A DNA stretch of 60,987 nucleotides, the filler included, from Nemertoderma westbladi (Eukaryota > Animalia > Xenacoelomorpha): the NCBI GenBank assembly GCA_032718475.1. It is 3 parts of 3 records of this genome, joined end to end, with 100 filler letters (N's around TTAATTAATTAA, not from the genome) between each part and the next. Parts side by side here need not be neighbours in the genome. Positions count along the whole stretch, not along the records: positions 1 to 18,363 come from JAUCBJ010000406.1; positions 18,464 to 36,542 come from JAUCBJ010002570.1; 1 more part is not named here. One strand, written 5' to 3'. The notes beneath the pieces are model-generated. The model searched no databases and was not told where the DNA came from. It saw only the letters and a program-made list of their open reading frames with translations. Shown in pieces: positions 11,817 to 25,722 of the stretch. The stretch's first letter is position 1, and each line of letters begins with the position of its first letter. Position numbers and translations under genes: made by a program.

Positions 11817-12620
11817 CGCCATGTCCTGGAATATAGTGTCGTTATTCAGGTACCTGCCCCCCCCCCCCCCCCCCCCCCCCACCCCCCCGACAAATTTTTC
11901 TACAAATCTTAATGAGATTACATGAAATTTGAAACAGAGATAATTTCACCTCCCTCCTCCTTGCTGGGTGAGCCAGAATTTTTATTTTTGCTTTCAATCT
12001 TTAGCTATACAATTGTTTGAAAAAGGAGTCTCCGACGATATTTCACAGGTCACAGTGCAATCATTCTTCAACCTTATAGTGATTTGATGGTACCAAATGG
12101 AAAGCTGCCCATCAGCCTATGCAAGGATACCAAATATGTAAAAACATATGAATTTGGTTGGGAAATAGCTGAGATATGGGCATTCGAATTTTGCATGTAT
12201 TTGCTTCCCCTGCAGACCATTTTATTCTATTTAATAAATGTACCATATTCTAGAATATTTTGGTTAATCCATATGTAGCTGGGCAACAATGCAATGCCTC
12301 ATTAGTTATACTATTACGTAGTTATTCAAATAAACAAAATGTAGGAATGTATGTTCCATTAGTACCGACAAATCACTATAAGGTTGTAGAATAACTGGAG
12401 TGTAACTGGTGAAATATCACCGGAGACACTTATTTTTATACGCTTGAAACTAAAAATTAAATGCTCTAAATTAAATTCTGGCTCACCCACGGAGAAGGAG
12501 GGAGGTGGAACTACCTCTACTTCAAATTTCATGTAATCTCATTAAGATTTGTAGAAAAATTTGGCGGGTGGGGGGGGGGGGTGGTACCTGAATAACGACA
12601 CTATATTCCAGGACATGGTG
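11817..12620. mobile_element. Tc1/mariner-type MITE with long (~280 bp) imperfect TIRs
   Basis: TA on both sides; C(G/A)CCATGTCCTGGAATATAGTGTCGTTATTCAGGTACC terminal inverted repeat; inverted similarity continues to about 12100/12355. Confidence 0.85.
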
Positions 12621-13130
12621 TATAGACGTGAATCACGAAAGGGAAGGACTTACTTCCAAAGACTTATTGAATAGATTATGATTGATTGATTTACATTTAT
12701 AAGTATGGAATACTGGACCAACAAAACATCTTTCAGTGTGAAAACCAACGTGATAGGATTGTCGAAATAAACAGTCAGTCAGTGGTTAACCTATTCAGAG
12801 AAACACCTGGTGATTTTCTCAGTAATTAATTCACAAGATTACTTTCCTTAATAAGTTTCAAGTCTACAGTAGAGTTGATGGATGCAGCCGAGTTAGGTAG
12901 ACCCAACATTATCTTTGCGACTGTGGTTTTAAATGTGGTCTAATTATTTCAAATGGTATGGTGCACTGCAAGGCATCAATAACATATACTGTACATGTTG
13001 AAAATTCAAATTACTGAAGTTACTGAAACTTTCTTTAGTTAACTAAAGAAAGTGGGGACATTGAGCCAGTGATCTGGAAACACATTTATATTTTTTGTTT
13101 ATCGCGTGGTGATTGAGACATAACGAGGAC

Positions 13131-13799
13131 GAGGCTCGGACAACCCGACAGGTCCGACCCGGACAATTCCGACCCGGATAATTCCGACCCGGACAATTCC
13201 GACCCACTCGGAGATAGAATGAAATTTTCATGGGTCGGAATTGTCCGGATCCAAATAAATAATAATAATTAATAAACCGGTAATCAATAACAAATATCTG
13301 TTTTCTAGAACACTAAAATTTTTCTTAATCAATAGCTAGTACGTTTTAGAACATTTTCAAAACAAAAAATTACATAGCAACGTGTCTAGAACAAATAAAT
13401 ATCCATGGATACAACAATCTTATGTTGAATAATAAAACAAAAATGTGTTTAATAAAGTTATTATTTATTATTATTATAATTTTTAAATTATTTGGTTTGA
13501 AATTGTCCTATTCTGGATCCGAACAATTCCGACCCATGAAAATTTCATTTGATCTCTGAATGGGTCGGAATTCTCCGGGTCGAAATTGTCCGGGTCGCAA
13601 TTGTCCGGGTCGGAATTGTCCGGGTCGGAATTGTTCGGGTCGGAATTGTCCGGGTCGGATTTGTCCGGGTCGGAATTGTCCGGGTCGGAATTGTCCGGGT
13701 CGGAATTGTCCGGGTCGGAATTGTCCGGGTCGGAATTGTCCGGGTCGGAATTGTCCGGGTCGGAATTTTCCGGGTCGGAATTGTCCGTGTCCGTACACC
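13131..13799. mobile_element. Foldback-like non-autonomous MULE-type element with 15-bp subterminal repeat arrays
   Basis: 9-bp TSD AACGAGGAC (13122-13130, 13800-13808); arms 13131-13252 and 13515-13799 are inverted copies built of GGGTCGGAATTGTCC units around an AT-rich spacer. Confidence 0.8.
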
Positions 13800-14163
13800 A
13801 ACGAGGACCGACTTGTGATACCTAACTGTTTACACCGTAGAACACCTACAGTATTATAGCATCTACAGTATAATTTGCCAACCTTGTTTAAAATTTGAAG
13901 TTGAACAAACAATTTATACAGAAACATAACTGAAATGTAACATGTGATAGTGGCGTACAATAGACAATTTCTTAATGGGGGCAGGAAAAATATGAGGTAA
14001 TTTTTTAAAAATAATTGTAAAAAACAAAGTTACGTTACACACGAAAAAATTAAATTAATATGAGGAAGAATATGCGAAGGAGAAAGTACGTAGTCCATGT
14101 TACGTGCGATTATGCACGTTTCCAAAAATAAAAGTTATTTATAGTTTTTGTTGATTTTCGTTA

Positions 14164-14437
14164 AGGCCTGTTTACACGTGGCAACTTTTAGAGCAATTTC
14201 CTCGGCAACTAGTAACTTTTTTGGAGCAACTTAATTTAATCGCTGTTTTGATAGTTTAATTTGATTATCCCGCTTTAATTCGCCAACGCAAATTCCTCCA
14301 CGTTGCCGTAAAAGTTGAGGAACTTTTACGGCAACTTTTTTACGTGTTTACACGGAGCAACTTGGTCGGCAACCTGGGTTGCTCTATACAAGTTGCCGAG
14401 AAAGTTGCTCTAAAAGATGCCACGTGTAAACAGGCCT
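14164..14437. mobile_element. PIF/Harbinger-type MITE
   Basis: TTA TSD on both sides; ~45-bp imperfect TIR AGGCCTGTTTACACGTGGCA...; internal GCAAC repeats. Confidence 0.85.
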
Positions 14438-15617
14438 TTAGGCTTATGACAATGTGCCTACTGTAGAGTAGGCCTACAGTAGTGCTAATTAGTAAACTGG
14501 TAATAGTGCTCCCATATCGATTACTTAGATACGGTTGTATTAAATGTGAAAATTACCAGCCCTAATTTAGTGTTTAGCGGAAGTAGGCTCCGTTCCGCAG
14601 GATGTACAGTAGATTCTATTATTTATAACAATAAACGTAAATATTTCCTTAGACTAAAATTTGGTGCTCCGATGATCCTTTGTTTAAAATACAGTAGTTA
14701 ATATGTGTGCTGGTGTTTATAGTCCAGCTTACAGGTTGATTGAAACTCAGAAAAATGTAGACCCTGCAGTTTGACTGTATTAAAGATGATATAATTAGGA
14801 GAGCTCTTACACAGTCGAAATTTAAAGTTTACTTAGAATTTAATCCGGATATTATATATATATATTAAAATCCGGGAAGCACAACGGCGCTATAATTAAT
14901 TAATTGAAAGAAGCCGCATCGATTTAAAACATATAAAACATCTAGAAATGCTCTCCGCGGACAAAAGTATGGTTAAAATAAGAACAAGATAAAGTAAAAA
15001 TACACCGTGTTGTGTACCGTCGTCAAAAATAAGTATCATGAATCAACCAAGCTTGCCAATTCAATGAATGGTTCCAAATCGCTAACAATTAAATATTATT
15101 TTAATCTTGCTAACAAATAAACAAAATATACTGCTCGAGAAAGCGGAGGTACTACCGTAGGTAGGCATTACTGGTAGGAGGTACCGTTGCTACCTCCTTC
15201 TGTCGCCTTCCCGGTAGTGCGCCCGCGTACTACAGTAGTTTAGCCCAACATTATCAATGCGGACTGTTACCGCTCGAGCGCATAATTATTTCAAACAGTT
15301 TGACAGTCTGACTACATACAATCAAGAAATAATTACATTATTAGCAGTTTGTAATCGAATTAATCAACAGTCAGATATATGCTATCAAGAAATCAGCAAC
15401 AGTACCTATAGCAGTAATCATTTAACAAAATTCAGATTTTTAACAAGATCACATAGGCGAAACCAAACAGTTCCGGCACCAGTAAGAAGGAAAATTAAAG
15501 ATGGCAGCGTACAATGATGTTATTGACTATTAATAGCACAAATCATCATATCTCTATTCTCTAGGGATATACTATACGTCCAATCAGAAAGCTAAAAAGC
15601 GCCAACTTAATTTCATA

Positions 15618-17692
15618 TCTATATATATAAATATCCTCTGTCTGTCTGTGAGTCTGTGAGTCTGTCCAAGCTATACGCTCCGACACACATGCACCAATCT
15701 GAGCAAATGATACATCGATCGAAAGCTCTCGTCCTGAGCACGTAAACTATCGCAATCTCGAGGCTAATTTTACGCGTTTGCTTGCGTGAATGCGTATTTT
15801 GTGTTCGTTCGGGCGAAATGTATCGAATTATTTCGGTTCTTCTATCGGTAATTAATGATTTAGAGGGGTAACATTCATCCCATCTGGTATAAAATTAACA
15901 TGAGTAGATTCGCCGTGTCCCATTCTCACAAAGTATTTATTTTATTCGAGTGTTTAATATAAATATGTATGATTATTTATTGATTAAAAATCAAATAGTG
16001 TATAAATATGTCATATTCGCCAAGCACGATCGAATTGGCCTATTCTTAGTGCTGTAGTGAATAGGGAAGGATTTTTTTCTGTATCATAGCAACGTTAAGG
16101 TAATTATTGAACTCGCAGCTAGCTGGCTGGGCACAGATAAGGAGCAAGCAGGCTGGAGTGTTGATTGGGGTGGGTTTGGGTTGTCTGTTGCGAATTGCTC
16201 AAGAGTAATTCTGCTTTCTCAATCATTGGCTGCATGGAAGGAGAGGTTTATAACATTTTTGTTTTACTGTTATGATTATTAAAAGTAAAATAATTATTTC
16301 TGTAGGCCTATACTTACTGTATTATTATTTTATCTAATATTATACATCTAATCTCGATGAAATCTCGCTTACTATAGCTCGTTAGATAGGTCTCGCCCTA
16401 ACTCGTTGCAACGTAATACTCAGAGCCGTCTGAAGTTCCCCCATCTGCCGCTAGAGGGCGAATTGTCCGATAGTGAAAACCTGATCTCATTGGGTTGTTT
16501 TTAATGCTTTTGAGCTGAAACTTGGTAGCTATATACTGCAGCATAGGCTGTATATTTCCGGAGTCACTGAGTTGTCCACAGTTCCCCAGTCTACCGTTAG
16601 AGGGCTAAATGTCTGAGAGTTAACATCTTCTCCAACTTTGTTATTTATAATCCATTTAGACTGAACTTGGTAGGCATCTACTACAGCATAGGCTATATCT
16701 TTACTGAGTCGCGCAGAGTTGTCTACATTACCCGCGTCTGCCGCTAGAGGGCGAAATGTATGAAAGTTAACATCTCCTCCAACTTTGTTATTTACAATCC
16801 TTTTAGACTGAAACTTGGTAGGCATCTACTATAGCATAGGCTATATCTTTGCGGAGTAGTAGAGTCGTCTACAGTTCCACAGTCAGCCGCTAGAGGGCGA
16901 ATTGTCTGAAAGTTAACATCTTCTCCAACTTTGTTATTTACTAACGGTTTAGACTGAAACTTGGTAGGCATCTACTACAGCATAGGCTGTACCTTTACGG
17001 AGTTACAGAGTTGTATACAGTCCCCCCATCTGCCGCTAGAGGGCGACATATCTGATAGTGAACACCTCATCCCATTTGGTTCTTTTTAATCATTTTGAGC
17101 TGAAACTTGGTTGGTATCTACTACATCATAGGCTGTACCTTTACGGAGTCACAGAGTTGTATACAGTCCCCCCATCTGCCGCTAGAGGGCGACATATCTG
17201 ATAGTGAACACCTCATCCCATTTGGTTCTTTTTAATCCTATTGAGCTGGAACTTGGCAGGAATCTACTACAGCATATTCTGTATCTTTACGGAGTCCCAG
17301 AGTCGTCCACAGTTCTTCAGTCTACCGCTAGAGGGTGAAATGTCTGAATGTGAACATCTACATCAATTTTGTTATTTACAATCTGTTTAAGCTGAAACTT
17401 GAAAGGCAGGCATTATACTTCACCATAAACCCCATCTTTACCAAACTGCAGCGCCGTCTGCATTTCACCAGTCCGCAGGTAGAGGGTGGATCTGAAAGTG
17501 ATCATTTTCTGGAAATTTTGTTATTTACAATCTGCCTAAAGTTGAAACTTGACAGTTATCTCTTATGGGGGTGGTGTTTTATTTAATGATGGTGTCTGTT
17601 CCGTATGCAGTTCTCAAATCTCCCACACATATTCATATATCATCTGCACGTGCACTAGAAAGCTGTGGCCCGAAGGGCCACAGGCTTTCTAG
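15618..17692 (+). mobile_element. Non-autonomous Helitron
   Basis: 5' A|TCTATATATATAAA followed by a (CTGT)n-like tract; 3' GC-rich hairpin TGTGGCCC-GAA-GGGCCACA, then CTAG|T. Confidence 0.85.
16420..17560 (+). repeat. ~146-bp tandem repeat (~8 diverged copies) inside the Helitron
   Basis: CCG(C/T)TAGAGGG recurs at 16448, 16594, 16741, 16887, 17033, 17179, 17325. Confidence 0.9.
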
Positions 17693-18363
17693 TTTCATAT
17701 AAATTTAAAACGCATTACAACACAAATTAAGCACAATTATTGATGGATACAGAAATTCAAGCGAATTTAGCACAATTAGGGTGTAGATTTAGTAGGTACT
17801 GTATAACGGTAAATATATATAACAGATTTATAGGTTTTGTCACCGTATTTACACTGCGGTTTTATTATAAAATACACGTATTTAGTTCTATATACAGTAC
17901 TACTATATAAAAAGGGTCTGTTTCGGGCCGAAACGCCATATTTCGTAACAGGACATAATATTGGGTTTTACAATGTTAATGATTTTTGGTGTATTTGTTT
18001 ATTTATGCATTTATTTACCGTGATTTGGTTATATGTGTTGCTTATTATGTATGTGATGTGTGTAAATTAATTTGTGTATATCCTATATCAATAGTAATGT
18101 ACAGTATTACTTTGTCAATAAACTACTACTACGATGATCATACTGTATCCTATGCAAACTTACTCTGGGGTTTATTACAGTAGTAGTCCACTAATTCATT
18201 CTACTGCAGGTAGGGTCTACTGTTTGTACAGTATGAGTTGGAAAAATTGATAATCGTGTAGACTTGTCTATTGACTTTACATTATCGTTTTGGTTAGAAA
18301 AAGTGCCAAATTAATGCGACTTACTTTGAAATGGTATCAGTGGAGCCGTCACTAGCAGCGTGG

Positions 18364-18463
18364 NNNNNNNNNNNNNNNNNNNNNNNNNNNNNNNNNNNNN
18401 NNNNNNNTTAATTAATTAANNNNNNNNNNNNNNNNNNNNNNNNNNNNNNNNNNNNNNNNNNNN
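18364..18463. other. Scaffold gap with artificial TTAATTAATTAA linker
   Basis: N runs flanking TTAATTAATTAA; the same construct recurs at 36543-36642. Confidence 0.95.
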
Positions 18464-18540
18464 AATTGCGGCTAATTTTGGGAAGGGCTTTTGTGTTGGC
18501 AATCCAATTTAAATGAAAGGTGTTCTTAGGATAATTTGAA

Positions 18541-18660
18541 TTAATAACGACTGCCCTACATAACGGCGCAGTGCACTTAATAACGAGTGCCCTACATAAC
18601 GGCGCAGTGCACTTAATAACGAATGCCCTACATAACGGCGCAGTGCACTTTATAACAAGT
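18541..18660. repeat. 36-bp minisatellite (TTAATAACGAGTGCCCTACATAACGGCGCAGTGCAC), ~3 copies
   Basis: Direct tandem copies; ~6 copies in the duplicate at 27747-27970. Confidence 0.9.
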
Positions 18661-18705
18661 GCACTTCATTACGCACTTCATTATGCACTTCATTACTGCA
18701 CTTAA

Positions 18706-19542
18706 TGTTATATCCTATATTATATGTTATATGCTATAGTACATGCTATGCGATATGCTATATGTTATGCTATATGCTATGCTATATGCTATGCTATATG
18801 CTATGCTATATGCTATATGCTATATGCTATTTGCTATATGCTATATGATATATGCTATATGATATATGCTATAAGCAATATGTCATATGTTATGCTATAG
18901 TACATGCTATACTATATGCTTTATGCTATATGCTCTATGCTCTATGCTCTATGCTCTATGCATATGCTATATGCTATATGCTATATGCTATATGATATAT
19001 GCTATATGCTATATGCTATATGCTATATGCTATATGCTATATGCTATATGCTATATGCTATATACTATATGCTATATGTTGTGTGCTATATGCTATATCC
19101 TATATGCTATATGCTGTGTGCTGTGTGCTATATGCTTATGCTATATGCTGTGTGCTATATGCTATTTGCTATATGTGTTACATGCTATATGCTGTGTGCT
19201 ATATGCTATATGCTATATGCTATATGCTATATGCTATATGCTGTGGGCTATGCTATATGCTATATGCTATATGCTGTGTGCTATATGCTATATGATGTGT
19301 TACATGCTATATGCTGTGTGCTATGCTATATGCTATATGCTGTGTGCTATATGCTATATGCTATATGATGTGTTACATGCTATATGCTATATGCTATATG
19401 CTATATGCTATGCTATATGCTATATGCTATGCTATATGCTATATGATATATGCTATATGCTACATGCTATATGCTATATGCTATATGCTATATGCTATAT
19501 GCTATATGCTATATGCTATATGCTATATATCATATATGTTAT
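18706..19542. repeat. (TATGCTA)n-type microsatellite
   Basis: Visible tandem 7-mers with variants. Confidence 0.95.
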
Positions 19543-21392
19543 ATGTCATTTTGCCAAAATGTCACTTTCGAAATGACATTTTGACATGTCATTTTGCCAA
19601 AATGTCACTTTCGAATTGACATTTTGACATGTCATTTTGCCAAAATGTCACTTTTGAATTGACATTTTGACATGTCATTTTGCCAAAATGTCACTTTCAA
19701 GTTGACATTTGAAATGTCATTTCGCCAAAATGTCACTTTCAAGTTGACATTTGACATGTCATTTTGCCAAAATGTCATTTTCAAGTTGACATTTGACATG
19801 TCATTTTGCCAAAATGTCACTTTCAAGTTGACATTTGACATGTCATTTTGCCATAAAGTCACTTTCAAGTTGACATTTGACATGTCATTTTGCCAAAATG
19901 TAACTTTCAAGTTGACATTTGACATGTCATTCAAGTTGACATTTGACATGTCATTTTGCCAAAATGTCACTTTCAAGTTGACATTTGACATGTCATTTTG
20001 TCGAAATGTCATTTTGTCAAAATGTCACTTTCGAATTGACATTTTCACATGTAATTTTGCCAATATGTCATTTCCAAGTTGACATTTGACATGTCATTTT
20101 GTCAAAATGTCATTTTGTCAAAATGTCACTTTCAAATTGACATTTTGACATGTCATTTTGCCAAAATGTCATTTTCAAGTTGACATTTGACATGTCATTT
20201 TGCCAAAATGTCACTTTCAAGTTGACATTTGACATGTCATTCAAGTTGACATTTGACATGTCATTTTGCCAATATGTCATTTTCAAGTCGACATTTGACA
20301 TGTCACTTGTCAAATATGCTATATGCTATGCTATATGCTATATGCTATATGCTATATATTATATATGTTATATGTCATTTTGCCAAAATGTCACTTTCGA
20401 ATTGACATTTACATGTCATTTTGCCAAAATGTAACTTTAAAGTTGACATTTGACATGTCATTTTGCCAAAATGTCACTTTCAAGTTGACATTTGACATGT
20501 CATTCAAGTTGACATTTGACATGTCATTTTGCCAATATGTCATTTTCAAGTCGACATTTGACATGTCACTTGTCAAATATGCTATATGCTATGCTATATG
20601 CTATATGCTATATGCTATATATCATATATGTTATATGTCATTTTGCCAAAATGTCACTTTCAAGTTGACATTTGACATGTCATTTTGCCAAAATGTCACT
20701 TTCAAGTTGACATTTGACATGTCATTTTGTCGAAATGTCATTTTGTCAAAATGTCACTTTCGAATTGACATTTTCACATGTAATTTTGCCAATATGTCAT
20801 TTCCAAGTTGACATTTTGACATGTCATTTTGTCAAAATGTCATTATGTCAAGATGTCATTTTCATATTGACATTTTGACAACTCATTTTGCCAAAATGTC
20901 ACTTTCAAAATGTCATTTTGAAAAAAAGTCATTTTCAAATTGACATTTTGACATGTCATTTTGCCAAAATGTCACTTTCAAATTGACATGTCATTTTGCC
21001 AAAATGTCACTTTCGAATTGACATTTTGACATGTCATGTTGCCAAAATGTCACTTTCAAATTGACATTTTGACATGTCATTTTGCCAAAATGTCATTTTC
21101 AAATTGACATTTGACATGTCATTTTGCCAAAATTTTATTTTGTCAACATGTCATTTTCAAATTAACATTTTCAATTTAATTTTGTCAACATGTCATTTTC
21201 AAAATGACATTTTGACATGTCATTTTGTCAAGATGTCTTTTTCAAATTGACATTTTGACATGTTATTTTGTCAAAATTTCATTTTGAAATGACATTTTGA
21301 CATGTCATTTTGTCAAGATGTCATTTTCAAATTGACATTTTGACATGTCATTTTGTCAAAATTTCATTTTGAAATGACATTTTGACATGTCA
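19543..21392. repeat. ~42-43-bp palindrome-rich satellite (TTGACATTTTGACATGTCATTTTGCCAAAATGTCACTTTCAAA)
   Basis: Tandem units; 14-aa periodicity in overlapping ORFs; two short TATGCTA interruptions. Confidence 0.93.
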
Positions 21393-24180
21393 TATTTTAT
21401 GAGATTTAAGATATTTTTTATTGAAAAAGCATACATAACTATTCCCAGTCCGTTTCTGTAACATTTAGAGAAAAGTTAACTTGTGATACTTCTTTTAGTG
21501 TTAAATTAACAGCAGATTCCAAATACAGTAACCGTTTTTACATATGATTTGTAGTTCTCGCGATATTTCGGTTAAACACAACGTTTTTTGATATTTTACG
21601 AAATTTAAGGTATTTTTTATTGAAAAAGCAGACATAACTATTCCCAGTCCGTTTCTGTAACATTTAGAGAAAAGTTAACTTGTGATACTTCTTTTAGTGT
21701 TAAATTAACAGCAGATTCCAAATACAGTAACCGTTTTTACATATGATTTGTAGTTCTCGCGATATTTCGGTTCAAACACAACGTTTTTTGATATTTTACG
21801 AAATTTAAGATATTTTTATTGAAAAAGCAGACATAACTATTCCCAGTCCGTTTCTGTAACATTTAGAGAAAAGTTAACTTGTGATACTTCTTTTAGTGTT
21901 AAATTAACAGCAGATTCCAAATACAGTAACCGTTTTTACATATGATTTGTAGTTCTCGCGATATTTCGGTTAAACACAACGTTTTTTGATATTTTACGAA
22001 ATTTAAGGTATTTTTTATTGAAAAAGCAGACATAACTATTCCCAGTCCGTTTCTGTAACATTTAGAGAAAAGTTCACTTGTGATACTTCTTTTAGTGTTA
22101 AATTAACAGCAGATTCCAAATACAGTAACCGTTTTTACATATGATTTGTAGTTCTCGCGATATTTCGGTTCAAACACAACGTTTTTTGATATTTTACGAA
22201 ATTTAAGATATTTTTATTGAAAAAGCATTCATAACTATTCCCAGTCCGTTTCTGTAACATTTAGAGAAAAGTTCACTTGTGATACTTCTTTTAGTGTTAA
22301 ATTAACAGCAGATTCCAAATACAGTAACCGTTTTTACATATGATTTGTAGTTCTCACGATATTTCGGTTCAAACACAACGTTTTTTGATATTTTACGATA
22401 TTTAAGGTATTTTTTCTTGAAAAAGCATACATAACTATTCCCAGTCCGTTTCTGTAACATTTTGAGAAAAGTTCACTTGTGATACTTCTTTTAGTGTTAA
22501 ATTAACAGCAGATTCCAAATACAGTAACCGTTTTTACATATGATTTGTAGTTCTCGCGATATTTGGGTTCAAACACAACGTTTTTTGATATTTTACGAAA
22601 TTTAAGGTATTTTTTCTTGAAAAAGCAGACATAACTATTCCCAGTCCGTTTCTGTAACATTTAGAGAAAAGTTCACTTGTGAAACTTCTTTTAGTGTTAA
22701 ATTAACAGCAGATTCCAAATACAGTAACCGTTTTTACATATGATTTGTAGTTCTCGCGATATTTCGGTTCAAACACACCGTTTTATGATATTTTACGAGA
22801 TTTAAGATATTTTTTATTGAAAAAGCAGACATAACTATTCCCAGTCCGTTTCTGTGACATTTAGAGAAAAGTTCACTTGTGATACTTCTTTTAGTGTTAA
22901 ATTAACAGCAGATTCCAAATACAGTAACCGTTTTTACATATGATTTGTAGTTCTCCCGATATTTGGGTTCAAACACAACGTTTTTTGATATTTTACGATA
23001 TTTAAGGTATTTTTTCTTGAAAAAGCATACATAACTATTCCCAGTCCGTTTCTGTAACATTTAGAGAAAAGTTCACTTGTGATACTTCTTTTAGTGTTAA
23101 ATTAACAGCAGATTCCAAATACAGTAACCGTTTTTACATATGATTTGTAGTTCTCGCGATATTTCGGTTCAAACACAACGTTTTTTGATATTTTACGAAA
23201 TTTAAGGTATTTTTTCTTGAAAAAGCAGACATAACTATTCCCAGTCCGTTTCTGTAACATTTAGAGAAAAGTTCACTTGTGATACTTCTTTTAGTGTTAA
23301 ATTAACAGCAGATTCCAAATACAGTAACCGTTTTTACATATGATTTGTAGTTCTCGCGATATTTCGGTTCAAACACAACGTTTTTTGATATTTTACGAAA
23401 TTTAAGGTATTTTTTCTTGAAAAAGCAGACATAACTATTCCCAGTCCGTTTCTGTGACATTTAGAGAAAAGTTCACTTGTGATACTTCTTTTAGTGTTAA
23501 ATTAACAGCAGATTCCAAATACAGTAACCGTTTTTACATATGATTTGTAGTTCTCGCGATATTTCGGTTCAAACACAACGTTTTTTGATATTTTACGATA
23601 TTTAAGGTATTTTTTCTTGAAAAAGCAGACATAACTATTCCCAGTCCGTTTCTGTAACATTTAGAGAAAAGTTCACTTGTGAAACTTCTTTTAGTGTTAA
23701 ATTAACAGCAGATTCCAAATACAGTAACCGTTTTTACATATGATTTGTAGTTCTCGCGATATTTCGGTTCAAACACAACGTTTTTTGATATTTTACGATA
23801 TTTAAGGTATTTTTTATTGAAAAAGCAGACATAACTATTCCCAGTCCGTTTCTGTAACATTTAGAGAAAAGTTCACTTGTGATACTTCTTTTAGTGTTAA
23901 ATTAACAGCAGATTCCAAATATAGTAACCGTTTTTACATATGATTTGTAGTTCTCACGATATTTCGGTTCAAACACAACGTTTTTTGATATTTTACGATA
24001 TTTAAGGTATTTTTTCTTGAAAAAGCATACATAACTATTCCCAGTCCGTTTCTGTAACATTTAGAGAAAAGTTCACTTGTGATACTTCTTTTAGTGTTAA
24101 ATTAACAGCAGATTCCAAATATAGTAACCGTTTTTAATTATATTTTGTTTTTATGGAGATAATGGGGTTGAAACACAACG
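21393..24180. repeat. 200-bp satellite array, ~14 copies
   Basis: CCAGTCCGTTTCTG recurs every 199-200 bp from 21445 to 24041. Confidence 0.95.
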
Positions 24181-25722
24181 TCTTTGACATGAATTCAAAA
24201 AATTACAGTTATGTAACTTGGATAAGAATTATTAATTATTTGTAATGTCAACAACTGATATAAACCAAATTTTTGAAACACACAGTTATAGAACTTAATA
24301 TCAGTTCAGTTAAAAACAGTTAAATAACCATTATTATGTCGATAATTAATTAATTAGTTCTAATTAATATAAATTATCAATCGCGAGTGACCAATACACA
24401 TTGATATTTCAACATGGTAGAAACCCATCCCTAGGCAGTGTGTGGAGTATTAGCGGCGTTGTTCATCATCATGCGGCGTTCAATGTAGTCTGTCCTAAAA
24501 AAAATATTAACAATAATTCAGATAGATCAATTAATTAGTACAAACTAATAGTAATAGTGTCTTAACTTATAGTTTTAAAACATATTTATATCGCGTATAA
24601 TTTACACAATATAATTTATAAATATCTTCCCAAAACTAAGAACTAGAAATATTATCGGAACCTCTTTAACAGTTTTATTAAACGGCCGTCGTCATATCCA
24701 GAACATCAAACTTTCTTATAAGCGACTTGTAATTGAATTGAATCCAGACCGTAAATGAATTTCGCCAACACAATGAATGTTGTTTATTATGATTTCATAA
24801 GATTATCTCTCTGTATCGTCTATAGCGGAGGGGCTATGGCAATATAACAATCCTTGAGTTCTTATTGGTCAGCAACAACTGGGATGGGGGGGTTCTTATT
24901 GGTCAGCAACAACTGGGATGGGGGGGGGGGGGGGGGGGGGGTGAAGTTAAGAATTAATTAATTTCGTAAAAAAAGTTAAAGTAAATGGATAAATAAATAT
25001 TGTTCTTTATAAAAACTTGTGTAGGTCGCGTTGTAATTAACGAAAGTTAATGATTTTTAGCTCATTTAAAGGCCACACATTTCAGCATTATAAATATGTT
25101 AATAAATCGTATTAAAACCCAAGTGAAGTTACTTATTAAAGGGATTTCATATAAAATGGCATCGTAATGAGGTCGCGTTGCGATTACGTAACGCCGTGTC
25201 CGGCATATTTACTATCAGTTTTATGTGGATTGAAGACCAATATATCATTTGGATTTGTAATTTTTCTTATGAAGTAAGTTTGGTGATTGTCTTATATACT
25301 TTTTAATGTACTTTCCAATAACAGAGGCGCGTTATTCTAACCAAAACAATAAACTAAATTGAATAGCGTACGTAACTGATTAATATTTAGTTCTATTGCA
25401 GTTGGGAAGGACTTTGTGAAGAATAAATTATTTAGTTGAGTTATTAAAACGCGTTAGTAAATAGGAATCCGGTAAATATTGTCCCCAAGAATTCACAAAC
25501 TCAATGAAGAACTCGATGTTTAGCTAAAAATCATTGATAATTATATAAAATGATATCCAGCACACCTCTTAAAAACAATAGATACTTAATGCAAAGCAAT
25601 ATGTAAATTGTTACTTTGTTGAGAATAACAAGTTAATGTTTTACAGGTTTAGTTTGTTTTCCATTTAATGTTGATTAAGATATACTAAAACAGCTAAATA
25701 TACAAAATGTGAGACAAATTAA

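Noticed and set aside
17900-17945. GTTTCGGGCCGAAAC as a possible hammerhead ribozyme remnant
   Set aside because: No CTGANGA core upstream and no supporting stems I/III
18408-18419. TTAATTAATTAA island inside N runs
   Set aside because: Same construct in both gaps; an artificial all-frame stop linker
18887-20811. Long ORFs of MLYAICY and DMSFCQNVTFKLTF repeats (also 28010-30067 and 13508-13960)
   Set aside because: Translations of stop-free tandem repeats, open in several frames; no sign of real coding
21393-24180. Regular arrays (200-bp, 68-bp, 31-bp) as possible CRISPR arrays
   Set aside because: Whole units repeat with no unique spacers, there are no cas genes, and the context is eukaryotic
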